From contig NZ_CP134949.1 in NCBI RefSeq assembly GCF_032116555.1, forward strand, positions 1,178,001 to 1,242,000: 64,000 nt of DNA, given 5' to 3'. Numbering within the stretch: the stretch's first letter is position 1; the number at the start of each line of letters is the position of its first letter. The DNA comes from Halorarum halobium. GTDB taxonomy: Archaea; Halobacteriota; Halobacteria; Halobacteriales; Haloferacaceae. The position numbers and the translations under genes are program-made. The notes under the pieces are model-generated. The model worked only from the letters and a program-made list of their open reading frames with translations, was not told the DNA's origin and made no database searches. Below are positions 9,773 to 18,986 of this stretch, piece after piece.

Positions 9773-10729
9773 ATTCAGCTTTCACTCATACTCCCGCCGG
9801 AACCGGACGAGCGCTGGGACCTCGCAAAACAGTTGGGCGTGACGACCGCGGTCGTTCACCCCCTCGAGATCGGCGACGGGACCCGGTTCTGGGACTTCGA
9901 CACGCTCCAGAAACTGACGAACTGGTTCGAGGGCGCCGGCCTCGAGGTCGGCGTCATCGAGGGTAGCGTCCCGCTCACCGAGACGACGAAACTCGGCCTG
10001 CCCGGCCGCGACGACGAGATCGAGACGTTCCAGCAGTTCCTCCGGAACTGCGGGGAGCTCGGGATTCCGGTCGTCTGCTACGACTGGTTCGTCGGCGTCC
10101 GCTGGGCGCGCACGAGCGCGCACGTCCCCTCCCGCGGCGGGTCACTCACGACCGAGTTCGACGCCGAGCGGATGCAGGGCGGCCCGCCCGTTCGGGCCTC
10201 CGGGGTCACCAGGGAGGAACTCTGGGAGAACCTCGAGTACTTCCTCGAACGGGTCGTGCCGGTCGCCGAGGAGGCGGGCGTCAAACTCGGTCTCCACCCC
10301 GACGACCCGCCCCGCGAGGAGATCCGGGGCATCCCTAGAATCGTCACGAGCGTCGAAGCGTACGACCGCGTGCTCGACGTGGTGGACAGCGAGTACAACG
10401 GCGTCACGTTCTGTCAGGGGAACTTCGCCGCGATGGGCGTCGACGTCCCGGCGGCGATCCGGCACTTCGGCGACCGGATCAACTTCGTCCACTTCCGCGA
10501 CGTCGAGGGCGACGCCGATAGGTTCGTCGAGACGTGGCACGACGACGGCCCGACCGACATGCTCGCCGCGATGCGCGCGTACCGCGTGGTCGGCTTCGAC
10601 GGGCCGATCCGCCCCGACCACGTTCCGACGATGGCCGGCGAGTCCAACAGCAACCCCGGCTACGAGACGCTCGGGCGGCTGTTCGCCATCGGATACATGA
10701 AGGGGCTGCTCGAACAGACCGAGTCGTGA
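9773..10729 (+). CDS. uxuA: Mannonate dehydratase (UxuA family), paralog 2; apparent non-canonical ATT start
   Basis: LWENLEYFL...LHPDDPP, FCQGN, HFRDV, RPDHVP, AIGYMKG. The frame extends 20 codons upstream of the tracked TTG (9833) to ATT-CAG-CTT (I/M-QLSLILPPEPDERWDLAKQLGV). Confidence 0.85.
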   Translation: MQLSLILPPEPDERWDLAKQLGVTTAVVHPLEIGDGTRFWDFDTLQKLTNWFEGAGLEVGVIEGSVPLTETTKLGLPGRDDEIETFQQFLRNCGELGIPVVCYDWFVGVRWARTSAHVPSRGGSLTTEFDAERMQGGPPVRASGVTREELWENLEYFLERVVPVAEEAGVKLGLHPDDPPREEIRGIPRIVTSVEAYDRVLDVVDSEYNGVTFCQGNFAAMGVDVPAAIRHFGDRINFVHFRDVEGDADRFVETWHDDGPTDMLAAMRAYRVVGFDGPIRPDHVPTMAGESNSNPGYETLGRLFAIGYMKGLLEQTES

Positions 10730-11283
10730 CGGGCGTTGGGGGGACCTGTTGGCGTGGTGCTGTCCCACGAAGCTCCAAGCTTGGCGCTAAGTTCGTGTCA
10801 GAAGAGAGTTCTTCTCCACTCTCCTCGAACCTCTGTCCTTTTTGCCGTCGGTCGGCTGCGGTCGGAGCGTGGATCGACGTGTTCGAACTCTGACCGGCCG
10901 TCACGTGGGCACGATGGCCGAGTAATCGACTGTTAGCGGTCCGATACCGGCGATTTGATCCGTAACGATCGATCGCGGGACGGGTTCAGGGCCGCTCGGT
11001 TGCTGCGCCGTCGTTTCTCGAAGGCGACCCATTGACGAGCGGCGAGTTGCTGATCGAGTTCGCGTTTCGTTCGGACTCGCGGCCACTTAGACGTCCTCTC
11101 CCGGCGGTTTCGAGTCGTCGGAGCGCGGAGTTCGTCGATCGGATGCTCGACTGGCAAGAATCCAACCATATTGTAAACCGATATACCTACTGAATTGGTA
11201 GATGCTCTCCGGGCCGGTCGCGGAACTTGCGTGTGCCCCGGCGAGAACGAACTAGTTGGGGGATCAGATCAGCCCGGACCGAC

Positions 11284-11643
11284 TCAGGCGCCCGCCATTT
11301 CTCGGCAGGACTCCGCGCACTCGCGGACGACGTCCGCACAGATCTGGCAGTGGTCCTGCTCGTGGCGATCGCACTCCTCGGCGCACTCCTCACAGACGCC
11401 GGCACAGACCTCGGCGAGGCCGGTGCTGTAGTTCGAATCGCGCGCCATGAACCGGGCGTGGAGCGTCGCCACGTCCGCGACGTCCCGACAGAGTCGGATG
11501 CACTCGGCCATCCCCTCGCCCTCGTCGATGCACTCGTCGGCACACCACTCGCAGACCTCGGCGGCCTCGAAGCAGTTCTCCAGGCACTCCCGTTCCCTCT
11601 CGCTCAGGTGGTCGATGTTGGACGCGGTTTCGGCAAGGGACAT
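11284..11643 (-). CDS. Cys-rich four-helix-bundle copper-binding/storage protein (Csp/DUF326-like)
   Basis: 15 Cys in CxxxC/CxxC helical repeats over 119 aa; no signal peptide. Confidence 0.85.
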   Translation of the reverse strand: MSLAETASNIDHLSERERECLENCFEAAEVCEWCADECIDEGEGMAECIRLCRDVADVATLHARFMARDSNYSTGLAEVCAGVCEECAEECDRHEQDHCQICADVVRECAESCREMAGA

Positions 11644-11779
11644 TGCGGTCGGTCGTTTCGTTGCCGGATTGGTTATCGTGGTCGCTGTAAATACAAGCCT
11701 CTATGGCTGGGACCGTGGACGACTGTGCTTCTCCAGAGTTGTAGCTGGGGCGTTGGCTTCGAAACGAGTGGTAACCGCA

Positions 11780-11854
11780 TGGGCGCTGCAGGATTTGAAC
11801 CCGCGACAGCCTGGTCCGAAGCCAGGTACTCTGTCCAAGCTGAGCTAAGCGCCC
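11780..11854 (-). tRNA. tRNA-Arg(UCG)
   Basis: Reverse complement GGGCGCTTAGCTCAGCTTGGACAGAGTACCTGGCTTCGGACCAGGCTGTCGCGGGTTCAAATCCTGCAGCGCCCA folds as a cloverleaf; anticodon arm CCTGG-CT-TCG-GA-CCAGG. Confidence 0.95.
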
Positions 11855-11986
11855 TGTACGTTCGGTAGCGCCGGACCGCTTTTAACTCCCGCGCTTCGCC
11901 GCCACCCGGAAACGAAGCGAACACGCCACGATCGACCGCCACGTGTCGCGTCATTTATGCCGGACCCGGCTGGATTCCGTCACGAC

Positions 11987-12829
11987 ATGGGGGACAGGAC
12001 GGCGTTCGCGACGGGGCTGCTCGAACTCACCCGGCCGGGGAACGCAGTCGCGGCGGGGGCGCTGACGTTCATCGGCGCGTTCGTCGGCGGAGGGCTTCGG
12101 GCCACCAGCGTCGCCCTCGCCGTCGCCGCCACCGTGTTCGCCGTCGCCGCCGGCAACGCCGCCAACGATTACTTCGACCGGGACATCGACCGCGTGAACA
12201 GGCCCGACCGGCCGATCCCCAGCGGTCGGGTCTCGCCGCGAGGAGCCGCGGTCTTCTCGGCCGTGCTGTTCCTCGGCGCGGTCGTCGCGGCGGTCACGCT
12301 GCCCGTGCTGGCGCTCGGGATCGCCGTCGTGAATCTGGTCGCGCTCGTCGCCTACACGGAGCTGTTCAAGGGGCTCCCGGGAGTCGGCAACGCCGTCGTC
12401 GCGTACCTCACCGGGAGCACGTTCCTCTTTGGTGCCGCCGCGGTCGAGTCGCTCGGCCCGGACGTCTGGGTGCTGTTCGGGCTGGCGGCCGTGGCGACGT
12501 TCGCGCGGGAACTCGTGAAGGACGTCGAGGACGTCTCGGGCGACCGGGAGGAGGGGCTCCGGACGCTCCCCATCGTCGCCGGCGAGCGGGCGACGCTCAC
12601 ACTCGCCGTCGTCGTCATGGCACTCGGCGCGGGGGCCAGCGTCCTCCCGTACGCACGCGGGACGTTCGGACTCGCGTACCTCGCGCTCGTGATCCCCGCC
12701 GACGGCGTGATGGTCGGCGCGACCGCCCTGGGGTTCAGGGATCCGGGGACCGCCCAGCGCTGGCTCAAGCGCGGGACGTACCTCGCGGCCGCCGCGTTCG
12801 TCCTCGGGCGGATAGCGGTGCTCGGCTGA
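11987..12829 (+). CDS. Geranylgeranylglycerol-phosphate geranylgeranyltransferase (DGGGP synthase, UbiA family)
   Basis: ELTRPGN, NDYFDRDIDRVNRPDRPIPSG, RELVKDVEDVSGD; multi-TM. Confidence 0.9.
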   Translation: MGDRTAFATGLLELTRPGNAVAAGALTFIGAFVGGGLRATSVALAVAATVFAVAAGNAANDYFDRDIDRVNRPDRPIPSGRVSPRGAAVFSAVLFLGAVVAAVTLPVLALGIAVVNLVALVAYTELFKGLPGVGNAVVAYLTGSTFLFGAAAVESLGPDVWVLFGLAAVATFARELVKDVEDVSGDREEGLRTLPIVAGERATLTLAVVVMALGAGASVLPYARGTFGLAYLALVIPADGVMVGATALGFRDPGTAQRWLKRGTYLAAAAFVLGRIAVLG

Positions 12830-12990
12830 GTGTGGAGCGGACGGTCACGGCGGTCGCAACCGGATGGGATTCAATCAAAAAGAATAATACCGGCTCACGG
12901 CATGGACCTAGCGACTGATGACTCCCTGCGAGACGTTCCGTCTTGCGAGCCCTCCGTGGACCCGTCGCGGCCCGGGGGTGGGAGTCCCCC

Positions 12991-13599
12991 ATGTATGAGG
13001 TTTCGACGCTGGGATCCAGCATCGAACCCGGATCGAACGTCCTCTTCACCGGCCCGCCGCTGAGCGGCAAGCGCGAACTGGCCCTCGACGTGCTCGCGGA
13101 AGGGACCGAACGGGGGGAGGGCGCGATCATGGTGACGACGAAGGACAGCGCGGACAGGCTCCTGAAACGGTTCGGCAAGCGCGTGAGCCACGACGGGAAG
13201 CCGGTCGCGGTCGTCGACACGGTGACCCGCCAGCAGGGCGTCGGGGACGTCCGGGACGACGACCGCATCAAGTACACGTCCTCGCCGGTCGACCTCACCG
13301 GGGTCGGCATCAAGCTCTCCGAGTTCCTCGAGAACTTCCACGCGGAGCGTGGCATCGAGCGGAACCGGGTGATGCTCCACTCGCTCTCGACGCTTCTGAT
13401 GTACACCGACCTCCAGACCGTGTTTCGGTTCCTCCACGTGTTCACCGGCCGCATCCAGAGCGTCGACGGCCTCGGCGTCTACTGCATCGACTCGACGGCC
13501 CACGAGGAACGGGAGATGAACACGCTGAAACAGCTGTTCGACGGCATCGTCGAGACGTCCGAGGACGCCGAGCCCGCGGTGCGGATCGCGGACGCCTGA
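12991..13599 (+). CDS. RAD55/KaiC-like RecA-fold protein
   Basis: Degenerate Walker A GPPLSGKR, SSPVDLTGVGI, HSLSTLLMY, FRFLHVFT, LFDG. Confidence 0.85.
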   Translation: MYEVSTLGSSIEPGSNVLFTGPPLSGKRELALDVLAEGTERGEGAIMVTTKDSADRLLKRFGKRVSHDGKPVAVVDTVTRQQGVGDVRDDDRIKYTSSPVDLTGVGIKLSEFLENFHAERGIERNRVMLHSLSTLLMYTDLQTVFRFLHVFTGRIQSVDGLGVYCIDSTAHEEREMNTLKQLFDGIVETSEDAEPAVRIADA

Positions 13600-13702
13600 G
13601 GCGACGCCGACGCGCCGATGCCGGTTTCCCCCGCCCTTCGGCCGTGCGCCCGACGGGCGCTCCCGCCGAACGCTTAACGCCCGGGCGGGCCAATCGCCCG
13701 GC

Positions 13703-14125
13703 ATGCCAGTGACCGACGACGAGGGGCTCCGCGAACTGCTTTCGATGGACCCCGTCGCCGTAGTCGGCTGTTCGAGCACGCCGGGAAAGGCCGCCCACGA
13801 CATCCCTGCGTACCTCCAGCGGCACGGCTACGAGGTGATCCCGGTGAACCCGTACGCCGACGAGATTCTCGGCCGCGAGGCGTACGACTCGCTGGCCGAC
13901 GTCGAGGCGGACGTCGAACTCGTCGACGTGTTCCGGCCCAGCGACGAGGTCGCGGGGATACTCGATCAGGTGCTCGACCGAAAGGAGTCCCGCGGTGACG
14001 TTCGGGGCGTCTGGCTTCAACTCGACATCACCGACGACGAGGCGCTCGCGCGGGCGGAGGAGGCGGGCCTCACCACCACGCAGGACAGATGCATGAAAGT
14101 CGAGCACGGCCGGTTACTGGGCTGA
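13703..14125 (+). CDS. CoA-binding protein (YccU-like)
   Basis: VAVVGCS, YEVIPVNP, VDVFRP, VWLQ, DRCMKVEH. Confidence 0.9.
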   Translation: MPVTDDEGLRELLSMDPVAVVGCSSTPGKAAHDIPAYLQRHGYEVIPVNPYADEILGREAYDSLADVEADVELVDVFRPSDEVAGILDQVLDRKESRGDVRGVWLQLDITDDEALARAEEAGLTTTQDRCMKVEHGRLLG

Positions 14126-14189
14126 CCGGCACCGGACGCGACGGCCGAACCGACGACGCGTCGCCGGTAGGCCCCCGGGTTCCGGTCCG

Positions 14190-15170
14190 TTACCCGGTCC
14201 ACTCCTCGAACGATCGATAGACGCCCTTCGAGAGGTACCGCTCGCTCGAATCGGCAAACACCGTCACGACCGCGTCGTGGGGCGCGTCCACCTCGCCGGA
14301 TTCGATCTCGCGTGCGACCTCGCGGGCGGCCAGCGAGTTCGCCCCCGAACTCGACGCGACGAGGTGGCCCTCCTCGCCCGCGAGTCGGGCCATCTCGCCG
14401 TGGATCGCCTCGTCCGAGATGGTCTTGAGGTCGTCGACGAGGTCGGGGTCGAACAGCTCGTTGGTGGCGACGTCGTGGGTACCGATTCCCTCGGTCTTGT
14501 ACTCGCCCTCCTCGGCGTCCTCGCCGAAGAAGTCGCCGTACGTTGACCCCTCGGGCTGGACGGCGACGACGTGGGTGTCGGGGTTCCGTTCGAGCGCGTA
14601 CTCGGCCATCCCCATCAGCGTCCCGCCCGTGCCACAGCCGGCGACGATGGCCCCGACCTCCCCGTCGAGCGCCTCGAACGCCTCCGGCGCGGTCGTCTCG
14701 TAGTGTGCCTCGGCGTTCAGCGGGTTCTCGAACTGCTGGGGGACGACCGCGTCGTCCAGTTCCTCGGCCAGCGCGTGGGCGCGCTCGATGGCGCCGGCCA
14801 TCCCGTCCTCGCTCGGGGTGTTGATCACCTCCGCGCCGAGCGCGCGCATGAGCTGCTGTTTCTCGACGCTGAAGCGCTCGGGCACGACGAACACCGCGTC
14901 GACGTCGAGTTGCCCCGCGGCGACGGCGAAGCCGATGCCGGTGTTTCCCGCGGTCGGTTCGATGACGGTTCCGCCCGGATTCAGCGTTCCCGCCTCGAGC
15001 ATCGCCCGAACCATGTACTCGCCGATGCGGTCCTTCACGGACGCGCCGGGGTTGAACGACTCCAGCTTCGCGTGGACCGGAACTGACTCGGGGGAGGCGT
15101 GGACGCGGACGAGCGGCGTCTCGCCGACCGCCTCCAGCACCGAATCGAGCGGCTCCCGGTGTGTGGTCAT
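14190..15170 (-). CDS. PLP-dependent cysteine synthase/cystathionine beta-synthase family protein
   Basis: KLESFNPGASVKDR, EPTAGNTG, GCGTGGT, SSSGAN. Start at ATG 15170. Confidence 0.9.
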   Translation of the reverse strand: MTTHREPLDSVLEAVGETPLVRVHASPESVPVHAKLESFNPGASVKDRIGEYMVRAMLEAGTLNPGGTVIEPTAGNTGIGFAVAAGQLDVDAVFVVPERFSVEKQQLMRALGAEVINTPSEDGMAGAIERAHALAEELDDAVVPQQFENPLNAEAHYETTAPEAFEALDGEVGAIVAGCGTGGTLMGMAEYALERNPDTHVVAVQPEGSTYGDFFGEDAEEGEYKTEGIGTHDVATNELFDPDLVDDLKTISDEAIHGEMARLAGEEGHLVASSSGANSLAAREVAREIESGEVDAPHDAVVTVFADSSERYLSKGVYRSFEEWTG

Positions 15171-15270
15171 GTACTGGCAAAGATTGCCAGGGGTTACGTA
15201 TCTTGCTATCCGGGGGCGAGGTCGCCCTCGCCGGGACCGACTCGGCGAACCGGTCGCGCGGCGTCTCCGA

Positions 15271-15579
15271 TCAGGCGGCCGACCCGTCCGATTCGGTCCC
15301 CGCGTCGTCCGAGGCGGCGTCATCGGCCGAACTCTCGTCGGTCGCCGCGACCTCCTCGACGACGGCATCCGGGTCGATGCCCCGCTCCTCGGCGAGCGCG
15401 ACGACGAGCGCGCGCTGCTCGGCCAGTTCGCCCTCGACCCGCTCGACGCGCTGCTCGGTGGTGGAGACGGTGTCGCGCATCCGGTCGACCTCCTCGCGCA
15501 TCTCGTTCACCCTCGCGTACAGTTTCTCGGCGGTGTCGGCGACCGTCTGGATCTTCTTGGCCGTGCTTCCCAGTCCCAT
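15271..15579 (-). CDS. Conserved haloarchaeal coiled-coil protein (DUF5798-like)
   Basis: MGLGSTAKKIQTVADTAEKLY N-terminus, heptad pattern, acidic tail. Confidence 0.75.
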   Translation of the reverse strand: MGLGSTAKKIQTVADTAEKLYARVNEMREEVDRMRDTVSTTEQRVERVEGELAEQRALVVALAEERGIDPDAVVEEVAATDESSADDAASDDAGTESDGSAA

Positions 15580-15676
15580 GGCCGGTCTATGCGACCCGCA
15601 CGCCCTGTGTCTTGTGGTGTGCGGTTCGACGGGAACGAACCCACGTGCTTTTGCTCCCCGTCGCCGACCACCCGCC

Positions 15677-16483
15677 ATGACGACGAGCCGCGACCCTCGA
15701 TTCCTCCTGACGAACGACGACGGCATCGGGACGGTCGGCTTCCGGGCCCTCTACGACGCGCTCTCGTCAGTCGGCGAGGTGATCGCGGTCGCCCCCGCCG
15801 ACGACCGGAGCGCGGTCGGCCGCTCGATGTCCCACGGCGTGAGCGTCGAGGAACACGAACTCGGCTACGCCATCGAGGGCACGCCGGCCGACTGTACGGT
15901 CGCCGGACTCGAATCGCTCTGTCCCGACGTGGACATGGTCGTCTCCGGGTGCAACAAGGGCGCGAACCTCGGGTCGTACGTCCTCGGCCGCTCGGGAACC
16001 GTCTCCGCGGCCGTCGAGGCGGCGTTCTTCGACGTGCCCGCCATCGCCATCTCGCTGTACATCCCCGCGGGGACCGGCGAGTCGTACCGGGAGTTCGAGG
16101 TGACCGAAAGCGACTACGCCGAGGCGACGCGCGCGGCGCGCTATCTCGCCGAGCACGCCGAGGACGCGGGCGTGTTCGACACCGCGGAGTACCTGAACGT
16201 GAACGCGCCCTGGCCGGACGAGTCGCCCGCGAGGATGGTCGTCACGCGACCCTCGACGCTGTACGACATGACCGCCGAGCGCGACGGGGACCACATCGCG
16301 CTACACGACCGAACCTGGGACGTGATGAAGCGGGGGACGGTCCCGGACCCGGTCGGCACCGACCGGCGGGCGATCGCGGACGGACACGTCTCCGTCTCGC
16401 CGCTGACGGCCCCGCACACGACCCGGCACCACGACGAACTCGACCGGCTCGCGGACTCGTACGCGTCGGAAGCCGGGGACTGA
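15677..16483 (+). CDS. surE: 5'/3'-nucleotidase SurE
   Basis: LLTNDDG, GTPADC, VSGCNKGAN, SGTVSAA, VSVSPL. Confidence 0.93.
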   Translation: MTTSRDPRFLLTNDDGIGTVGFRALYDALSSVGEVIAVAPADDRSAVGRSMSHGVSVEEHELGYAIEGTPADCTVAGLESLCPDVDMVVSGCNKGANLGSYVLGRSGTVSAAVEAAFFDVPAIAISLYIPAGTGESYREFEVTESDYAEATRAARYLAEHAEDAGVFDTAEYLNVNAPWPDESPARMVVTRPSTLYDMTAERDGDHIALHDRTWDVMKRGTVPDPVGTDRRAIADGHVSVSPLTAPHTTRHHDELDRLADSYASEAGD

Positions 16484-16565
16484 CCGCGATCGGTCCTGAT
16501 GGTTGACCTCCTCGTCCGCCGGAGTGGACACGTTTATGCGAGGCGGGTCGGAACCGTCGGTCACC

Positions 16566-16688
16566 ATGAGTCCGTTCCTCCTCGCCCAGTCGGAGGCGCC
16601 GCGCCTGCCCGTCACGGAGACGGCAGCAGTCGTCCTGATCGCCAGCCTGCTCCTCACGGTCGGCTGGCTCGTGTACTTCTACCGCTGA
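16566..16688 (+). CDS. Small single-TM membrane protein (40 aa)
   Basis: MSPFLLAQSEAPRLPVTETAAVVLIASLLLTVGWLVYFYR; TTTATG box about 27 nt upstream, consistent with a leaderless mRNA. Confidence 0.65.
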   Translation: MSPFLLAQSEAPRLPVTETAAVVLIASLLLTVGWLVYFYR

Positions 16689-16746
16689 CACCCGAGTCGA
16701 CCGCTGCCAACGGGAGTCCCGGTCACGTCGACCGGGACCGTCCGCC

Positions 16747-17439
16747 TCAGTTCTCGACCGGATCGACACGCTCGCGGAGCCACGCCGCCGCGCGCTCGGC
16801 CTCGCCCCGCTCGCCGGCGGTCAGCTTCACCCTGACGTGTTCGCCCGGGTACGAGCCGACGGAGACGTCGAACGCCTCGCGGAGCGCCCCTAGGCGGTCG
16901 ACCAGCGTGGACTCGGGTTCGTCGACCGCGACGAACTCCGTGTAGGTCACCTGCCCCGAGAACTCGGAGGCGACGCCGTCGAACATCGCCTCCATCTCGT
17001 CGGGGACGCCCGGGAAGACGTACACGGATTCGAGCACGCAGCCCGGCGCGACGCCCGCCCCGTTGTGCAACGGCCGGGCGCCCGCGGGGAGCGCCGCCGT
17101 CCCGTCGTTCAACTCGGCCGCCGCGTAGCCGCCGTGTTCGGTGAGCCAGTCGAGCGCCTCGGCGTTCTCGACGAGGTCGCGGCCGAAGGCGGCCGCCACG
17201 CCGGCCATCGTCACGTCGTCGTGGGTCGGGCCGATGCCGCCGGTGACGAGGACGGCGTCGTACTCGGCCCGGTACTCGTTGACGACGCGGGCGATGTCCG
17301 CGAGCCGGTCGGGGACCGTCGTGACGCGCTCGACCGACACGCCCCGCTCGTTGAGCCGGCCGGAAAGCCACGTGGCGTTCGTGTTCTCGGTGTCGCCCAT
17401 GAGGAGTTCGTCCCCCACGGTGACGATGGCCGCGTTCAT
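16747..17439 (-). CDS. CinA-like molybdopterin-binding domain protein
   Basis: VTVGDELL...NTNA, TGGIGPTHDDVT, PGVPDEM. Confidence 0.88.
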   Translation of the reverse strand: MNAAIVTVGDELLMGDTENTNATWLSGRLNERGVSVERVTTVPDRLADIARVVNEYRAEYDAVLVTGGIGPTHDDVTMAGVAAAFGRDLVENAEALDWLTEHGGYAAAELNDGTAALPAGARPLHNGAGVAPGCVLESVYVFPGVPDEMEAMFDGVASEFSGQVTYTEFVAVDEPESTLVDRLGALREAFDVSVGSYPGEHVRVKLTAGERGEAERAAAWLRERVDPVEN

Positions 17440-17532
17440 GGACCGGGGAACGGACGAGGGAGGCATAAGTTCGCGGGGACCGTCGGCGGAGAACCGCGGA
17501 TGCTGGCGGTCAGCCGGTGGACCGGCGGCGAC

Positions 17533-18318
17533 TCAGCGGCGTCCCGGCGGCGGGTCGCGCCCGTCGTCGTCGCCGACGTCGACGTCGAGCCCCATCTCCT
17601 CGCGGGTCTCCCGGAGCTCCCTGATCTGTCGCCGGTAGTACGCGACGCCCACGATGGCCAGCGCGCCGAACACCGCGAGCAGCCCGCCGAACAGCGAGAG
17701 GTCCCGCTCGAGGTAGAACTGCACGAGGACGGTGTCGGTCGCCACCTCGTCCCAGGTGACGTGGACGCGGTCCTGAGCGTCGGTCCGCGTCTCCGCGCCG
17801 CCGGGCGAGACCCGACCGAACACCGGGACGGAGACGTCCCTGTCGGGCGGCAGGACGACCTCGTAGGAGCCCTCGACGTACGTCGGGACGACGAAGCGTT
17901 TCGGCGTGCTCTCGGCGGTGAACGCGACCTGGCCGCCCGCCACCGGGGTGCGAATCGTCACCTCGTCGCGCGTCTCCCGGACGCTCCCGCGCTCGGCGAG
18001 CGTCGAGCCGTCGATGACCGTGCCGTTGGGGTAGCGATAGCGGACCGCACGAACGTCGAGCGGGTTCCTGCCGCCCAGCCCGTCGTTCCGGTAGAGAACG
18101 AGTTCCGAACCGTTCACCCGGTAGACGCCCTGGAACGTGGAGTCGGCGCGGACGGTGACGTGGACGTCGACGCTCTCGTTCCAGGCGTAGCCGTCGCCGG
18201 CCGGCTCCTGGTCGAGCCGCTCTGCCGGGACCGAGTCGTCGCCGAAGAAGCCGAGACAGCCGGAGAGGAGGAGCATGCCCACGAGCGCGAGCAGCGCGAG
18301 GACCCGGCGTCGCCTCAT
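17533..18318 (-). CDS. Conserved haloarchaeal lipoprotein/membrane protein (DUF5803-like)
   Basis: MRRRRVLALL...LSGC signal/lipobox, C-terminal TM and GRDPPPG tail; downstream of tfe and the DUF2110-like gene. Confidence 0.75.
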   Translation of the reverse strand: MRRRRVLALLALVGMLLLSGCLGFFGDDSVPAERLDQEPAGDGYAWNESVDVHVTVRADSTFQGVYRVNGSELVLYRNDGLGGRNPLDVRAVRYRYPNGTVIDGSTLAERGSVRETRDEVTIRTPVAGGQVAFTAESTPKRFVVPTYVEGSYEVVLPPDRDVSVPVFGRVSPGGAETRTDAQDRVHVTWDEVATDTVLVQFYLERDLSLFGGLLAVFGALAIVGVAYYRRQIRELRETREEMGLDVDVGDDDGRDPPPGRR

Positions 18319-18986
18319 GGAATGACGGCTTTGAGTTCGGCGGGGAGATACCCCCCGATGGCCGCCAGCAACCCCGGCGGGTCGGTTCCCTCGGTGCAGA
18401 CGATGCTCTGTTCGAGCAGGCCGAGTCGCTCCACCGTGACGATGTCCTGCGCGTGGCCCGCCCGGTTCACCGTCGCCCGGACCTCGCCGCGGGTCGCGCT
18501 GTTGACGTTCACGCGGCCGTCGCCGCGCGTCCAGTCGTACAGCCGGTCGCGCTCGGCGTCCGCGAGTTCGTGGTCGCCGTCCCCGTCGTAGACGAACCGG
18601 AGCGCGAGGTGCTGGACGAGTCCGAAGCGGTCGCGAATCTGGGCGGGCGAGCCGGCACCGAGTCCGATGCCGGCGACGGGGATTCGGATCTCCCGGCCGG
18701 CGTCGAGGACGAACCCCTCCTCGTCCCAGCTCTCGAGGGTGCCGCGGTACGTCTCGCCGTCGGTGAAGTGGTCGGTCACCTCGCCCCACCGCTCGCGGAG
18801 GAGGTTCCGTGCGACCGTCGCGTCCGGGCCGTCGACCGTGACCGAGACGAAGTCGTCGTGGCGGACACCCACGTCGGACTCGACGTCGAGCTCGCCCAGG
18901 TCGTTGGCGACGAGCGAGGCCATCCCGTCGAGGGCCCTGTCGCGCGCGTCGCCGGTCACGTAGCACTTCGTCGCCAGGACGACCAT
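18315..18986 (-). CDS. DUF2110 family protein
   Basis: MVVLATKCYV...ERLGLLE...TDPPGL; overlaps the tfe stop. Confidence 0.8.
   Translation of the reverse strand: MVVLATKCYVTGDARDRALDGMASLVANDLGELDVESDVGVRHDDFVSVTVDGPDATVARNLLRERWGEVTDHFTDGETYRGTLESWDEEGFVLDAGREIRIPVAGIGLGAGSPAQIRDRFGLVQHLALRFVYDGDGDHELADAERDRLYDWTRGDGRVNVNSATRGEVRATVNRAGHAQDIVTVERLGLLEQSIVCTEGTDPPGLLAAIGGYLPAELKAVIP

Noticed and set aside
11780..11830. att duplication of the tRNA-Arg 3' end bounding the sugar cluster
   Set aside because: No second copy was seen in this window; it could lie beyond the left edge.
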